Source of the DNA: Selaginella moellendorffii
Lineage: Eukaryota > Plantae > Lycopodiophyta
Direction: 5' to 3'
Length of the DNA: 24,875 nt
NCBI RefSeq assembly: GCF_000143415.4
Contig: NW_003314498.1
Coordinates: 3,705 to 28,579 of the forward strand
Shown: positions 11,308 through 22,783 of the stretch, in pieces
How positions within the stretch are numbered: position 1 is the stretch's first letter
Layout of the letters: every line of letters starts with the position of its first letter
Made by a program: the position numbers and the translations under genes
The notes under the pieces: model-generated
Seen by the model: the letters and a program-made list of their open reading frames with translations, nothing else
What the model was told of the DNA's origin: nothing
Database searches by the model: none

Positions 11308-11332
11308 CCAGCGGAGCTGGATTCCCTGCTAG
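11308..11332 (+). terminator. Helitron 3' terminus 1 (hairpin + CTAG)
   Basis: ccagc-gga-gctgg (11308-11320), 8-nt spacer, ctag (11329-11332), followed by T. Confidence 0.88.
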
Positions 11333-11625
11333 TCAAACTCTTTATTTAAAGTTGCTATTTTGGCATCGGCGTCACATATTCCATTTTAAGAATATTCAAT
11401 TTTACTTATGGTAGATACGATTAATCTGACTGTCCAAATCTGTGACAATTGATATAGACGGCCAAGATGGCAATATGGGAGGTACTGTTTCAATTCTAGA
11501 TTTGCAACCGCTCCATCGACTGGGAGGGAATGCTTTGCTTAAGTATGCTTTGCAGATTGATATGTAGATGGTACGTTTCATTTATCCTATTTCTAACCCT
11601 AGAAGGGATTTGTCTCTGTTTGTAG

Positions 11626-12007
11626 AGTTCGTAGAATTACCGAGTTCGTGAAGAAAAGAGTCACACTTATGGAAAAAGTATTCAACAGAGAATATCATCT
11701 GGTAAAAGAGTCTCCACTTCCCTATTGTCGTCCCTGCGATTCTAACTTGAGATGTTCCAGGATGACCAAGATATTCCGGCCAATTGCAGCAACGGTAGCG
11801 TCGAGCCTGGCGAGGGACCAAAAAACCTCCTACCAAAAGCCACAACCTACATTTGTTCCTTATCCAACACCTTTGAGTGAGTTCCTTTGATTTAGACACT
11901 AGAAAAAACTCTAATGCGTTCGTTTTTGAACAGCTCCGGAAGAAGTCCTGGGAACGGCACTGGATAACGATCCTCAGCGGCTGAAAGTCCCAGCCTATTA
12001 CAACGAG
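11626..12007 (+). pseudogene. Three captured exons of an unidentified gene
   Basis: VRRITEFVKKRVTLMEKVFNREYHL / DDQDIPANCSNGSVEPGEGPKNLLPKATTYICSLSNTF / PEEVLGTALDNDPQRLKVPAYYNE, each bounded by ag..gt with ~60-nt spacers. Confidence 0.4.
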
Positions 12008-12325
12008 GTTGTGTTTGTTTCTCCATTTGCAAAGGTTTGAGAGGCTCACGGCTTTCTCTGTGTCGTCATAGTTGTGCTCGATGATCAGCGAGAACAGGCT
12101 CAAATTTACGCTGGAAAAAAAAAAACGCCGGCATCCGCCTGCGCAGGTGCATTCGACAGATCGACGTGTTCTGCTCGGAAATGCGACAAGGATTGGGAGT
12201 GAAAGGCGAAGAGGCTATGGTGGATGGAGCTCACGACAGGGACAACGTCTCGGACAACAAGGGGATTCACGTTGTCATCGACGACTAGAATCAAGGTTCT
12301 TCACTCTTCTGGTGGGATCGCGCAG

Positions 12326-13810
12326 GGACGTACACCTGGAGCAAGCCTGTGATGAAAGGAACGCACCCTTCTCCTCGAGACAGCCACAGCTCAACGGCCG
12401 TTGGGTCTAAGCTCTATGTGTTTGGTGGTACCAATGGAACCAGCCTGCTCAACGATCTCTTTGTTTTGGATACTGGTAAGCTTTGAGTTCTATCATTTTT
12501 TTTTCTTGTTCTTATCATCTGATGCAGCTACCACCACCTGGGGGAAACCCGACGTTTTTGGTGATGTTCCTGCTTCGAGAGAAGGACATAGCGCGTCTCT
12601 CATTGGTGACAACCTGTTTGTGTTTGGGGGATGTGGGAAATCCAGCGATCCCTCAGAGGAGGAGTACTACAACGACCTTCATGTTTTGAACACGAGTAAA
12701 ATCCTGTTACCTTTCCTTGTTTTCTTCTAAACTTGTTTTTTTTCCTATAGATACTTTTGTCTGGAAGAAGATTTCTACCACTGGAGTCTCGCCTATTCCT
12801 CAGGATAGCCATACCTGCTCTTTCTATAAGAACTGTTTCGTTGTCATGGGTGGCGAGGATGGTGATAATGCCTATCTAAACGATGTTTATATTCTGGACA
12901 CAGGTACATACATGGTGCTGGTTTTAAACTTGCGAATTCATTTGCGTTTCCAGAAACAATGGCATGGCGGGAGGTAAAGACGACTGGTGCGGAGCTGATG
13001 CTAAGAGCCGGGCACACAACAATCAGCCATGGAAAGTATCTCGTCGTGTTTGGAGGATTCTCCTATGATCACAAGCTATTCAATGACGTCCATACTCTCG
13101 ACTTAAGTACGTGAGTCTCTCATGGGGCTTTTACTTATTTTGTAGCGACTGGTGTTTGGGCGACTTCGAATCCCTCTGGTCCCGGGCCTTCTCCACGTTT
13201 CTCCCTTGCAGGAGATTCCGTGGACGCAGAGCGAGGCATATGATTCTTCTATGGGGGATGTAACGAAGAGCTTGAAGCTCTGGATGACATGTATTTCCTC
13301 GACACAGGTTGGCTTCTTCTTTAATCGACATTGCTGCCATTCTTGACAATATGGTTGCCATTTTTCTGTGAAGAGATGCTGAGGGAGAAAGATCCATCAG
13401 AACCAAAGCTATCCATGCGTAAGGAACTTAAGAGAAGGCGGCAAGAGTATCATGCCACGCCATTCGTGCTAGACAAGCAACGGGATGCAGACAAGAGCTT
13501 GGTTTCATCTCACGGAGGTATCTGCAGAAAAACTTGGATCTCTCCAATTTTTCCCTGTCAAACTCATGCTACATAGTTTCAAGCTCATGTTCAGCCGCTA
13601 GGCGAGAAGATGTTCGAGGCTAAAGTAAGCGACGTATTCAACTACGGATACATGTTAGAAGCGTCCATCAATGGGAAGCTTTTCCGTGGGCTGCTCTTCT
13701 CGTACAAGCCTGGCTTTGCTCAGGCAGTGCAATCTTACATGGCGAGATTTGTTTCGTTTGATCCTCAGTTACTCTCTAACGCCAGGAAGGAAAACATCAC
13801 AGGAGGAAAC
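12326..13810 (+). pseudogene. Kelch-repeat (galactose oxidase/kelch; At1g18610/At1g74150-like) gene fragment, copy 1
   Basis: Spliced repeats PSPRDSHSSTAVGSKLYVFGGT, PASREGHSASLIGDNLFVFGGCGKS, DSHTCSFYKNCFVVMGGED, RAGHTTISHGKYLVVFGGF, and C-terminal FEAKVSDVFNYGYMLEASINGKLFRGLLFSYKP. 5' exons absent; in-frame TGA at 13241-13243. Confidence 0.9.
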
Positions 13811-14236
13811 GTTTCTAACTGTCCTCTACATTTTATATGGGAAAGACTCCAGTCTCGACATGGAAGAGACTTTCTCCTTCTACTACATTGTCAACCAAGG
13901 CATTCAGGCTCTCCCCATCAACTTCCTCGGCACTGCCTACAACAAAGCCATATGCGTTGTACATAGCTTTGTGACGTTTTCTCATTTTCAGGCGGAGGCA
14001 AAAGCTCATCAAGCTTATCCAGGACGTGATCAACCAGCGCTTCTGGAAACCCGCAGGAAGCAAGCATTCTTTCGTTGCTCATGGATCAGCTGGATGACAA
14101 AAAAGAGGTGCTGGAAGACGCTCATATCATAGACATGCTCAACATGTACATGAACCCTGGTCACAACTCAACAGCTCATGTCATCATGTGGCTGATTTCC
14201 TAAAGAAAAATCCATGATGTGCTTGAGAAAGTGAAG
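13809..14236 (+). pseudogene. Cytochrome P450 fragment, CYP88/ent-kaurenoic acid oxidase-like (CYP85 clan)
   Basis: TFLTVLYIL..YIVNQGIQALPINFLGTAYNKAI / RQKLIKLIQDVINQR..LEDAHIIDMLNMYMNPGHNSTAHVIMW (I-helix, cf. MYLNAGHESS)..DVLEKVK. Frameshifted; no heme motif. Confidence 0.75.
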
Positions 14237-16514
14237 ATAAACATTTCCAATTTCATACAAACTTTCCTTCATACAAAATTTCTTCTTTAGGCCACATCCA
14301 GACTATTCTGTAAGAGTTTCCAAACTTCTGTAATTAAAAAAGAAAAAAGTATTCTACTGAATTGTACCTCATACAAGATGATACGCTATGTATTCTCATG
14401 CCTCCACTGTTCTAATTCATCTCTGTCGCTTCTGTATTTCGAAGGAAACACTATTTATAAAAACTCTGCATTTATGGTTACCCTTTTCTCCAATGGACCT
14501 AATGACGACATGTTCAAGACAGAGTCAAACTGGTAGGTATTCTTAAAGAACCATAGAACTGAACACCATCTCTTTAAGGGCAATTTATGAGGCGCTTGTG
14601 AGGCTCTGAAGTGTTAACCTCCTCTGGATATCTTTCAATAACGAGAAAAAACCTTTAAACTATGAAAGGTACTTTTTCACTGCTTCTTTCATGTTTTATG
14701 GAGTCAAGTTACAGCTTCTGGAATTCTATGAGCAGCATCTGAGGAATGTCTAGGGAATGAGAAATAGTAAGGTGTAGTATGATATTTTCTTGTTCTAATA
14801 AATAGTTAAATAGGAGTACATTGTACTGCCTGTTGTAGCCTTTGTGGCTTTGCTTGACTACAAAACAATGCTTACAAAGACAGAATTACACAAGCAGAGA
14901 TTTCATAAAAAAAAGTCAGTCTCTTGCCACTTCACTCTCAAACAATGAAAGCAAATAATGAATCACCCAAGACAAAATGTGGAAGAAGAATAGAATTGGA
15001 TTCATCACCTTTGCGAATACCCAGACAGACATATATCCTTGCAAGAGGAAGAGATCTAACATCAGTTGCATTGCTTGACACTAGATTCAGGAGCCTCCTT
15101 AGAATGGCTTGTGGTGGCAGGGAGCATAGAAACATGAGTTCGGGCCACAAAGGTCACCATTTCAATCCTATTATGAAAGGGTCCTTAACAAATGTGTTAC
15201 AATCCACTGCTACAAAAACTAACATCATAAATTCGTGCAAATAATGGTATCCTAAGATCACAATCTCCTATTTCAATAGTCCAAGCTAACACATTATTGC
15301 AAATGAGAAAAGATGAGACCTTGTAGTAAGTAGAAAAATAAGAAGTTGATAGTTGGCCTAAAGAAGGATTTTAGAGAAAAAACATATAATGGATTTGGCA
15401 TTTGAAACAAGAAAGAATAAGGAAGGTTGCTAATCTTATGAAAAACATAGTAGTATTTATATTGGAAAGTAATTTGTTTTCTGCTATTTAGAGAAATCTT
15501 TGGTGATGTATATATTCCAAACATGCAATTCTTATGGATATCTCAAAAATATCATTATTTTTTTAGAAAACACTACTCTTGAAGACTTAAGAAACTACAA
15601 GAAAAAGCTTTGTTAGCTTCTTCTTGGATATGAAAGAAAAACTTGAGCTACCTTCTGCAGTTCCATAAGCTAAGGAGTCCTTGCTGATACATCCAAGCAC
15701 ATGAAGTTCCTTGGGTGTTAAGTCTTATCAAGTGATGGGCTATGCAATGAGCACAATAAAAATTAAAAATAGATTGAGAAAAAGGAGAAACAACATATCT
15801 TACAAATAGCAGATAGGTTTAAGAAAAAAAAGTTAGAATTTATGCTAGGGTCCTCCCCTGATTAATTTAAATGATGATATTAAAAAATATCACAAAAATC
15901 CAGATAAATTCAAATAATACAGCTTTTTAATTATTGATAATGTAGATACTGAATAGTTCTATTACTAATGCGATAATATTAATGGCATGCATTGGAAATT
16001 GGGATTAGAGCAGTAATAAAAAATGGAAATTTGTCACACATAATGACATTCTAACACTTCTATGACAATACAGATTTACTTCTTCTGGTAAGCAAAGAAA
16101 ATCCATTATATCATTCACCATTATAGTGTTCAGAAAATGGTAATAATGTCAATAATAAGCACTATTTTATTATACCATGATAATAATAAAACAAAATAAT
16201 AAAATTATATATATATATATAATGTTAATGTTATCATTTTGTTTTATATATATATACCTCTTGCAATTACTCTCTGGAAGAGTTATTTATAATAATAAGG
16301 TTTTCAGAAAAACTTTTAGCACATCAAAGATGAAGAGTTAAAGGAAAAAGAAATAGCAAAATTAAATATCCAGGTAAAATTAAAAGTAATGACATCTAAT
16401 AAACATGAGTATACAATTGTGTATCAAAATAATTTCTAGAAATTTGATTATATTAAGTAGTGTCACTAATGTATTGGTCAGGTTTACTAAATAATTGTAA
16501 TAACACTTCAAGAA

Positions 16515-16676
16515 TTAACAGACCCCAGCTCCACTGGGAGATATAGCATACCTAAGATAAATACATCTTCTTTTCTAATTATACAATGTTAGAAATTTTA
16601 ATTGTATACAAGGTTAAATTTATCTTAATTTTGCTACTCTTCACCTCTAAAGAAATGCACAATAATGCTAATAGAT
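16515..16676 (-). repeat. Inverted copy of the last ~160 bp of unit 2, including a decayed hairpin and end
   Basis: Reverse complement matches 17307-17470 at roughly 90% by eye. Hairpin cccagtggagctggg; terminal CTAG appears as TTAA. Confidence 0.92.
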
Positions 16677-17444
16677 TTTTAAAAAATAATTTTAATATGT
16701 ACATATTAATGTTATCTCCATGTTTATATTTAAAACATTAATATTTTTATATAATATATTAATCTGCAATCATATTCTCCTTTATATAATTGCTGAAGAG
16801 TAAGTAGTGTTGAATCATTCAATAGTAATGTTTTTATAAATTGGAATGTATAGTTTTGTTATAAAGCATTAGTAGAGATTTGTCTTAATACAATTATATC
16901 TCGAATATAGTTATTATCTTTGGATGTACCTCTTTTCAAACACCTCTAATGTAGTGTGAATATCTAGATAGATTTATTTATGTTTATTTGTAAATATAAA
17001 TTGAGACACATAATAGAAATTCTTTATTTCTTTATTAGACTATGAAAGTTAAAGGCAGCATTATAGTTCAGATAAAAAAATAAATAAAGCTCAGTATGTA
17101 ATCAAAAAATAATTTCCCCAAACCTATTTTTTTGGCAGTATATAATTCTTTGGTTTTGTGAAAAATCAATTGCTTTTAGATCATGGCATCAATCTTGTAG
17201 ACGTGTTTAGGGTTTTGTATCTTTTTATAAAGGCAATAAAAAAATTCAAATTTAAATTTAATGATGATGAAAAATGATCTTATCTTTTCCAAAACTTGCA
17301 TTTTTTATCTATTTGCATTATTCTGCATTTCTTTAGAGGTGAAGAGTAGCAAAATTAAGATAAATTTAACCTTGTATACAATCAAAAATTCTAACATTGT
17401 AAAATTAAAATAGAAGATGTATTTATTTTAGGTATGCTATATTT

Positions 17445-17470
17445 CCCAGCGGAGCTGGGGTCTCTGCTAG
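17445..17470 (+). terminator. Helitron 3' terminus 2 (hairpin + CTAG)
   Basis: cccagc-gga-gctggg (17445-17459), ctag at 17467-17470, followed by T. Confidence 0.88.
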
Positions 17471-17547
17471 TACTCATATATTTAAACGAAAGAGCCCGTA
17501 TAATAATAGCATATACTGGCGACACTTATTCTGGGCATATGCCAAAA

Positions 17548-17557
17548 TCTAACGGCT
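17548..17557 (+). promoter_or_regulatory. MSA-like (MYB3R) motif TCTAACGGCT
   Basis: Matches YCYAACGGYY; a similarly positioned copy lies at 24021-24031. Confidence 0.3.
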
Positions 17558-17667
17558 GAGATTAAACAATGGGGAGTCGTGACTTTTGGGATCATAAAAA
17601 ATTTCAATTGTCTTTTAGGGCGCATGAGCACGAGGAGAGAGCATTGATCATCGCTTGCGGGAAGGTA

Positions 17668-17721
17668 CTCTCTCTCTCTCTCTCTCTCCCTGTCTCTCTC
17701 TGCCTCTCTGTGTGTGTGTGT
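17668..17721. repeat. (CT)n/(TG)n compound microsatellite in an intron-like segment
   Basis: Visible ct and tg runs between a GT donor (17665) and a tgcag acceptor. Confidence 0.85.
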
Positions 17722-17976
17722 TTGATGAGGTCTTCATTGCAGAGCACCTCAGAGCTACAGTCAGCTGTACGTGAAGATCTGAAGCTGCTACCGGTTCAAA
17801 AGCTCAGGAAACCGTGGTTAATGGCCACGCGCAGCAAAATGACAATCTTTTTTCGAGTCTCTCAAGTCCCTGTTTGTTCCAGGTTCTCGAGGCTGGAACC
17901 ACAACTAGAATCAAGGTTTTTCAGGTGCTCGAGGCTGGAACCAAGAGAAAAAAAAAGAAATTTTCGCCCACGGTTC

Positions 17977-19486
17977 ACTTCAGTGGCTACGGCCCGGACG
18001 AGTGCCAGACCAATGATGTGCACGTCTTCGACTTTGGTATAAGTTTCCTCTTCTGGGTTTTCCGGAAAAAATGGTTTTGATCATGTTTTTGGTGGGATCG
18101 CGCAGGGATGTACACCTGGAGCAAGCCTGTGATGAAAGGAATGCACCCTTCTCCTCAGGACAGCCACAGCTCCACGGCCGTCGGGTCTAAGCTCTATGTG
18201 TTTGGTGGTACCGATGGAACCAGCCCGCTCGACGATCTCTTTGTTTTGGATAATGGTAAGCTCCGAGTTCTATCATTTTTTTTTTCTCGTTCTTATCATC
18301 CGATGCAGCTACCAACACCTGGGGGAAACCCGACGTTTTTGGTGATGTTCCTGCTCTGAGAGAAGGACATAGCGCGTCTCTCATCGGTGACAACCTGTTC
18401 GTGATTGGGGGATGTGGGAAATTCAGCGATCCCTCAGAGTAGGAGTACTACAACGTCCTCCATGTTTTGAACACGAGTAATATCCTGTTATCTTTCCTTG
18501 TTTTCTTCTAAACTCTTTTTTTTCCTGTAGATACTTTTGTCTGGAAGAAGATTTCTACCACTGGAGTCTCACCTATTCCTCGGGATAGCCATACCTGCTC
18601 TTCCTATAAGAACTGTTTCGTTGTCATGGGTGATGAGGATGGTGGTAATCCAGAAACAATGGCATGGCAGGTAAAGACGACTGGTGCCAAGCTGATGCCA
18701 AGAGCCGGGCATACAACAATCAGCCATGGAAAGTATCTCGCTTGTAGGTAGATTTGTTTCCTGTTGGTCTCTCATGGGGCTTTTACGTATTTTGCAGCGA
18801 CGGGTGTTTGGGCGACTTCGAATCCCTCTGGTCCCGGCCCTTCTCCACGTTTCTCCCTTGCAGGAGATTCCGTGGATGCAGAGCGAGGCATATGATTCTT
18901 CTATGGGGGATGTAACGAAGAGCTTGAAGCTCTGGATGACATGTATTTCCTCGACACAGGTTGGCTTCTTCTTTAATTGACATTGCTGCCATTCTTGACA
19001 ATATGGTTGCCGTTTTTCTGTGAAGAGATGCTGAGGGAGAAAGATCCATCAGAACCAAAGCTATCCATGCGTAAGGAACTTAAGAGAAGGCGGCAAGAGT
19101 ATCATGCCACGCCATTCGTGCTAGACAAGCAACGGGATGCAGACAAGAGCTTGGTTTCATCTCACGGAGGTATCTGCAGAAAAACTTGGACCTCTCCAAT
19201 TTTTCCCTGTCAAACTCATGCTACAGAGTTTCAAGCTCACGTTCAGCTGCTAGGCAAGAAGATGTTCGAGGCTAGAGAAAGTGACGTATTCAACTATGGA
19301 TACACGCTAGAAGCCTCCATCGATGGGAAACTCTTCTGTGGGCTGCTCTTCTTGTACAAGCCTGGCTTTGCTCAGGCAGTGCAATCTTACATGGCGAGGT
19401 TTGTTTCGTTTGAACCTCAGTTACTCTCTAACGCCAGGAAGGAAAACATCACTGGAGGAAACCACAGGACGTCCAAAAGGCCGTAG
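17977..19486 (+). pseudogene. Kelch-repeat gene fragment, copy 2
   Basis: Near-identical to 12326-13810, plus an extra upstream exon (FSGYGPDECQTNDVHVFDF). Has the shared TGA at 18893-18895, an extra TAG near 18440 and internal deletions near 18650 and 18740. Confidence 0.9.
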
Positions 19487-19501
19487 TAAAGGCCAAACCG
19501 A

Positions 19502-19657
19502 GTGTATGCAGCTGCATTGGAGGATTTGGTTGGGTTGCTGACGCAAGGAAAGTTTGCCGACTTTGTGGTGTTGTCCGAGTCTCCTTTTGGACAGGTCACA
19601 GGCATTTTTACTCGAGTGGTTACGTTCGTAGGTGGAAATATTGCCTTCCTTTCTTAA
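19502..19657 (+). pseudogene. Amidohydrolase-3 family (LAF3/YtcJ-like) C-terminal fragment
   Basis: VYAAALEDLVGLLTQGKFADFVVLSESPF..VVTFVGGNIAFLS* carries the G.L..GK.ADFV.L..T.V.G signature. Not listed in the ORF track. Confidence 0.75.
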
Positions 19658-19781
19658 GGCGTTATTCCATAATTATTTGGTCTTTTAAATATAGCATGTT
19701 TTCAAGAAGATTGGTGAGGAGAAAGCAGCCAGAATCATCAAGCAGCTGGTAAAGACCTTCAAATAGATTTATTTGAGGTGT

Positions 19782-20099
19782 NNNNNNNNNNNNNNNNNNN
19801 NNNNNNNNNNNNNNNNNNNNNNNNNNNNNNNNNNNNNNNNNNNNNNNNNNNNNNNNNNNNNNNNNNNNNNNNNNNNNNNNNNNNNNNNNNNNNNNNNNNN
19901 NNNNNNNNNNNNNNNNNNNNNNNNNNNNNNNNNNNNNNNNNNNNNNNNNNNNNNNNNNNNNNNNNNNNNNNNNNNNNNNNNNNNNNNNNNNNNNNNNNNN
20001 NNNNNNNNNNNNNNNNNNNNNNNNNNNNNNNNNNNNNNNNNNNNNNNNNNNNNNNNNNNNNNNNNNNNNNNNNNNNNNNNNNNNNNNNNNNNNNNNNNN
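19782..20099. other. Assembly gap (N run)
   Basis: Run of n. Confidence 1.
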
Positions 20100-20344
20100 C
20101 AAAATGTCTATATGTCGTTCCAGATCACGATCCTAAAAACGCTTAAGACATTCAAAAGAAAGCGTGCAGGCAGAAAACAGTTCAGAAGAGTGACCTGCAC
20201 ATACAAGAATCTCTATTCTATTGTGCTATTGCTATGTTTGCTTGAATACAAAACAGAAAAAAACCAAAAAAACTTATCGATAAGAAACTGCATTGTTGCA
20301 TGACGATCTAAACAGAACTAACACCTACCAAAGCTATTCTACTT

Positions 20345-22783
20345 TGCCCTCTATTATATAGTAATACGACATGTAAGTAAAACTGTTCACTATCTAGTGG
20401 GGGTACTGTATACATTCTACCAATTATTTTTGTAAATAATTGTCTTTTCATCCACTTCTTTGTGGAAGTGTTCCAAACGTAGTTCTCTGGAATTTCTGTG
20501 TAAGTATATTTTCTAGCATCTATATCCTGTTTGTTTAACTCAAACCATTTAGTTAGTTTGGTCCGTTTTCCTTTCTCTAGGGCTATTTCTTCTTCACCTT
20601 CATTAAAGTAAACACTTTGCAAATTTGGAAGATGTACATCTAATCTTTCAATTCTGTGTGACTTTCCATGTAAATCATAACCAAGAATTCTCCACATAGA
20701 TTCTGATGCTGATACATAATGACAATTTTGGAATGCAGTGATTTCATCCCAATCAAGCATTTGTTCACTATTTGAAACATTGTTTCTATAAAGATTTATT
20801 AGTGCACAATCATGTCCTTTGTAGATATACTTAAATATATATATATAACACTCTTTACTGTTGAACAAACTTCAACATTTACATGTGTAGCATATTTGCA
20901 AAGAAGATATTTGTTATATGGTACAACAAATTAGTTGTCAATTTTTTTTGCTCCAATATTTACAAAATTTCCATTCTTTGGTCGTCTATATTGTGAAAAT
21001 TGGCCACCAATACTTTTAGTTTCTTCTGAAAATTCTTTTGGATAATTAGACTTGCATATACCATCCTTATAGCATGGGCTATTTGAATATCCTGGCCCAC
21101 AAGGTCCATGTATCATATGTTTTATCACTAACTCATACAATTCAGGATCATCTTTGAAATTAGGAATTTCGGCACATACAATATTGTCTATATCATCCAC
21201 AGTTTTTATTTTGTTTTCTTTTTTTAGTATTATTAAAATATGACAATGTGGTAATCCTATTTTTTGAAATTCAATTACATAAACAAATGTACTTACAATA
21301 CCAAAAATTTCTTTCTCATATATATAATTAATAAATTCCTTTTTCTTTTCTTGGAAGACTCTTGAAACTAAACGGGTCTATCAGAAGCATGTTGTCTAGG
21401 TAATAAGTTGTCAGTTATTTCCTTCCATTTTGGATTACATGTAAGTGTAATAAATAAATCTGGTTTTCCATACTTTCTCACTGAACTCATTGCATCTTGG
21501 TAATTTTGGTTCATTTGTTGTGGACTACCATTAAAAATTGAAGGTAAAATTATTAATTTTCCAGCACGTATGCCTTCATAATCTGCTAAACTGCCATATG
21601 CTTCAGCACGTAATTCTCTTTTATGGTTTCTTATCCAATTCAATTGTGTGCCTTCTATTTTAACATATGTATCAACCATATATTGATGGGTAAGTTTTCC
21701 TGCCATAAGTACAGGATTAAATATAATTTCCCACAATCCATTATTTTGAATTCCTCGAATAGAAAATCTATATTTGTAAAATTCTGTCATTGTTACTTTT
21801 TTTCGTTTTATACTTTGTCCTTTGTTAACATATGTAATGTCAGAAGACCATCCATCCTCACCATATTGAAAAAAAATTGGATATAACATTGGATCACAAG
21901 ATGATGAAATTATAGAAATTTCTTGTATAATATCTTTTTTAGGATATATAGCAATACTTTTTTTGAAAGGAAGTTCTCCAGACGGATTTGTGAATACAGC
22001 TGCAACTTCATTTGAACATGGTGCATTATATCGTCTTGGATCAGTTGTCTGATCACCTTTTATATACATTACAATATCACTTATATCTCCTTGAATATTT
22101 GTTGAATTTAACACTTCATTTTCCATTTCCCACAACATTTTAAATGCATTAGCATAGGGATTTATTTCTCTTAATAATTTATCAAGGTCACCCATTATTT
22201 GCTCATCACATTTAGAATTGTATTTGTTTTTCATTCTTATTTCTGTTGCTTGAGCAGTATCTAAAATATATAATTGTGAATAAACTGCATCTTTTTCATT
22301 GTTTGATCTGAAACTTCTAATATTATGATAAATTTGTCCATGTATTTTAAAATAATAAGGGCCACCTACTGCAATCTCTTTGATGTTTGCACCCATTGAT
22401 GCAAATGCTAATGCACTATTATAATTTCGTATTAAATCTTTAAAATTTCCTTGCTGTGGTGTTTCTTCCAGCAGTTTCTGGATGAATTGAAGAAAAGGAT
22501 GTGAATTTTTAATTGATATTCTCCCATCACAACAACAGTTGAAAACACTTTCCATCATATAAAAAAGGGCCTTACAATGTATGCATTGTTTTTCCATCTT
22601 ACCAAGATAATGTTGCTCACATTTTCCATTTTCATTCTCCGACATTAAACCCATGTATTTCTTTCGTCTCACTGCCCTACAAGCAGTAGTATTGTATATA
22701 CACCTGCTCTCTTTCAATGAAAATATTTTCTTATTAGTAATCTTATGGTATTTATTAATATAAATATAAATGAAATTAAACAT
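20345..22783 (-). pseudogene. Helitron RepHel pseudogene: Zn-finger + Helitron_like_N + HUH/Y2 Rep domain, helicase absent
   Basis: CIHCKA..CC; YNSALAFASMGA; YGKPDLFITLTCNPKW (motif 1); VIEFQKIGLPHCHIL (HUH, ~21235-21280); MIHGPCG; VVPYN..HVNVEV; KYIYKGHD (Y2); IGRMYTVPP. Frameshifts near 21370 and 20870 and a stop at 20931. Truncated after LLYNRG. Start codon uncertain. Confidence 0.95.

Larger units (their letters stand above)
1..11332 (+). mobile_element. Helitron unit 1 (5' end not seen); carries RPA1-like, F-box, orphan gene and RepHel remnants
   Basis: Ends in hairpin + CTAG at 11308-11332, just after a PIF1-type helicase fragment. RPA70-like genes are known cargo of plant Helitrons. 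The left boundary is not located, so including the RPA1 and F-box genes is inferred. Confidence 0.65.
11333..17470 (+). mobile_element. Non-autonomous Helitron unit 2 (6.1 kb) with captured gene fragments
   Basis: Starts TCAAACTCTTTATTTAAA (canonical 5' TC) and ends in hairpin + CTAG. Contains kelch, P450 and unidentified exon fragments. Confidence 0.75.

Noticed and set aside
13671-14132. Apparent in-frame kelch-P450 fusion ORF
   Set aside because: Splice phase puts the kelch last exon in the KENITGGN frame, not the P450 frame, and upstream stops and P450 frameshifts preclude a protein.
14924-15260. ORFs 14924-15244 and 14938-15150 as a possible retroelement protease
   Set aside because: No D[ST]G motif or other retroelement domain; stops in the relevant frames.
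16515-17470. MITE or TIR transposon
   Set aside because: No target-site duplication seen, and the arms are Helitron 3'-end sequence.
19705-19749. KIGEEKAARIIKQL as a protein-kinase exon
   Set aside because: Too short to assign and next to a gap.
19662-20303. ORFs spanning the second N gap
   Set aside because: Mostly X; no evidence of coding.
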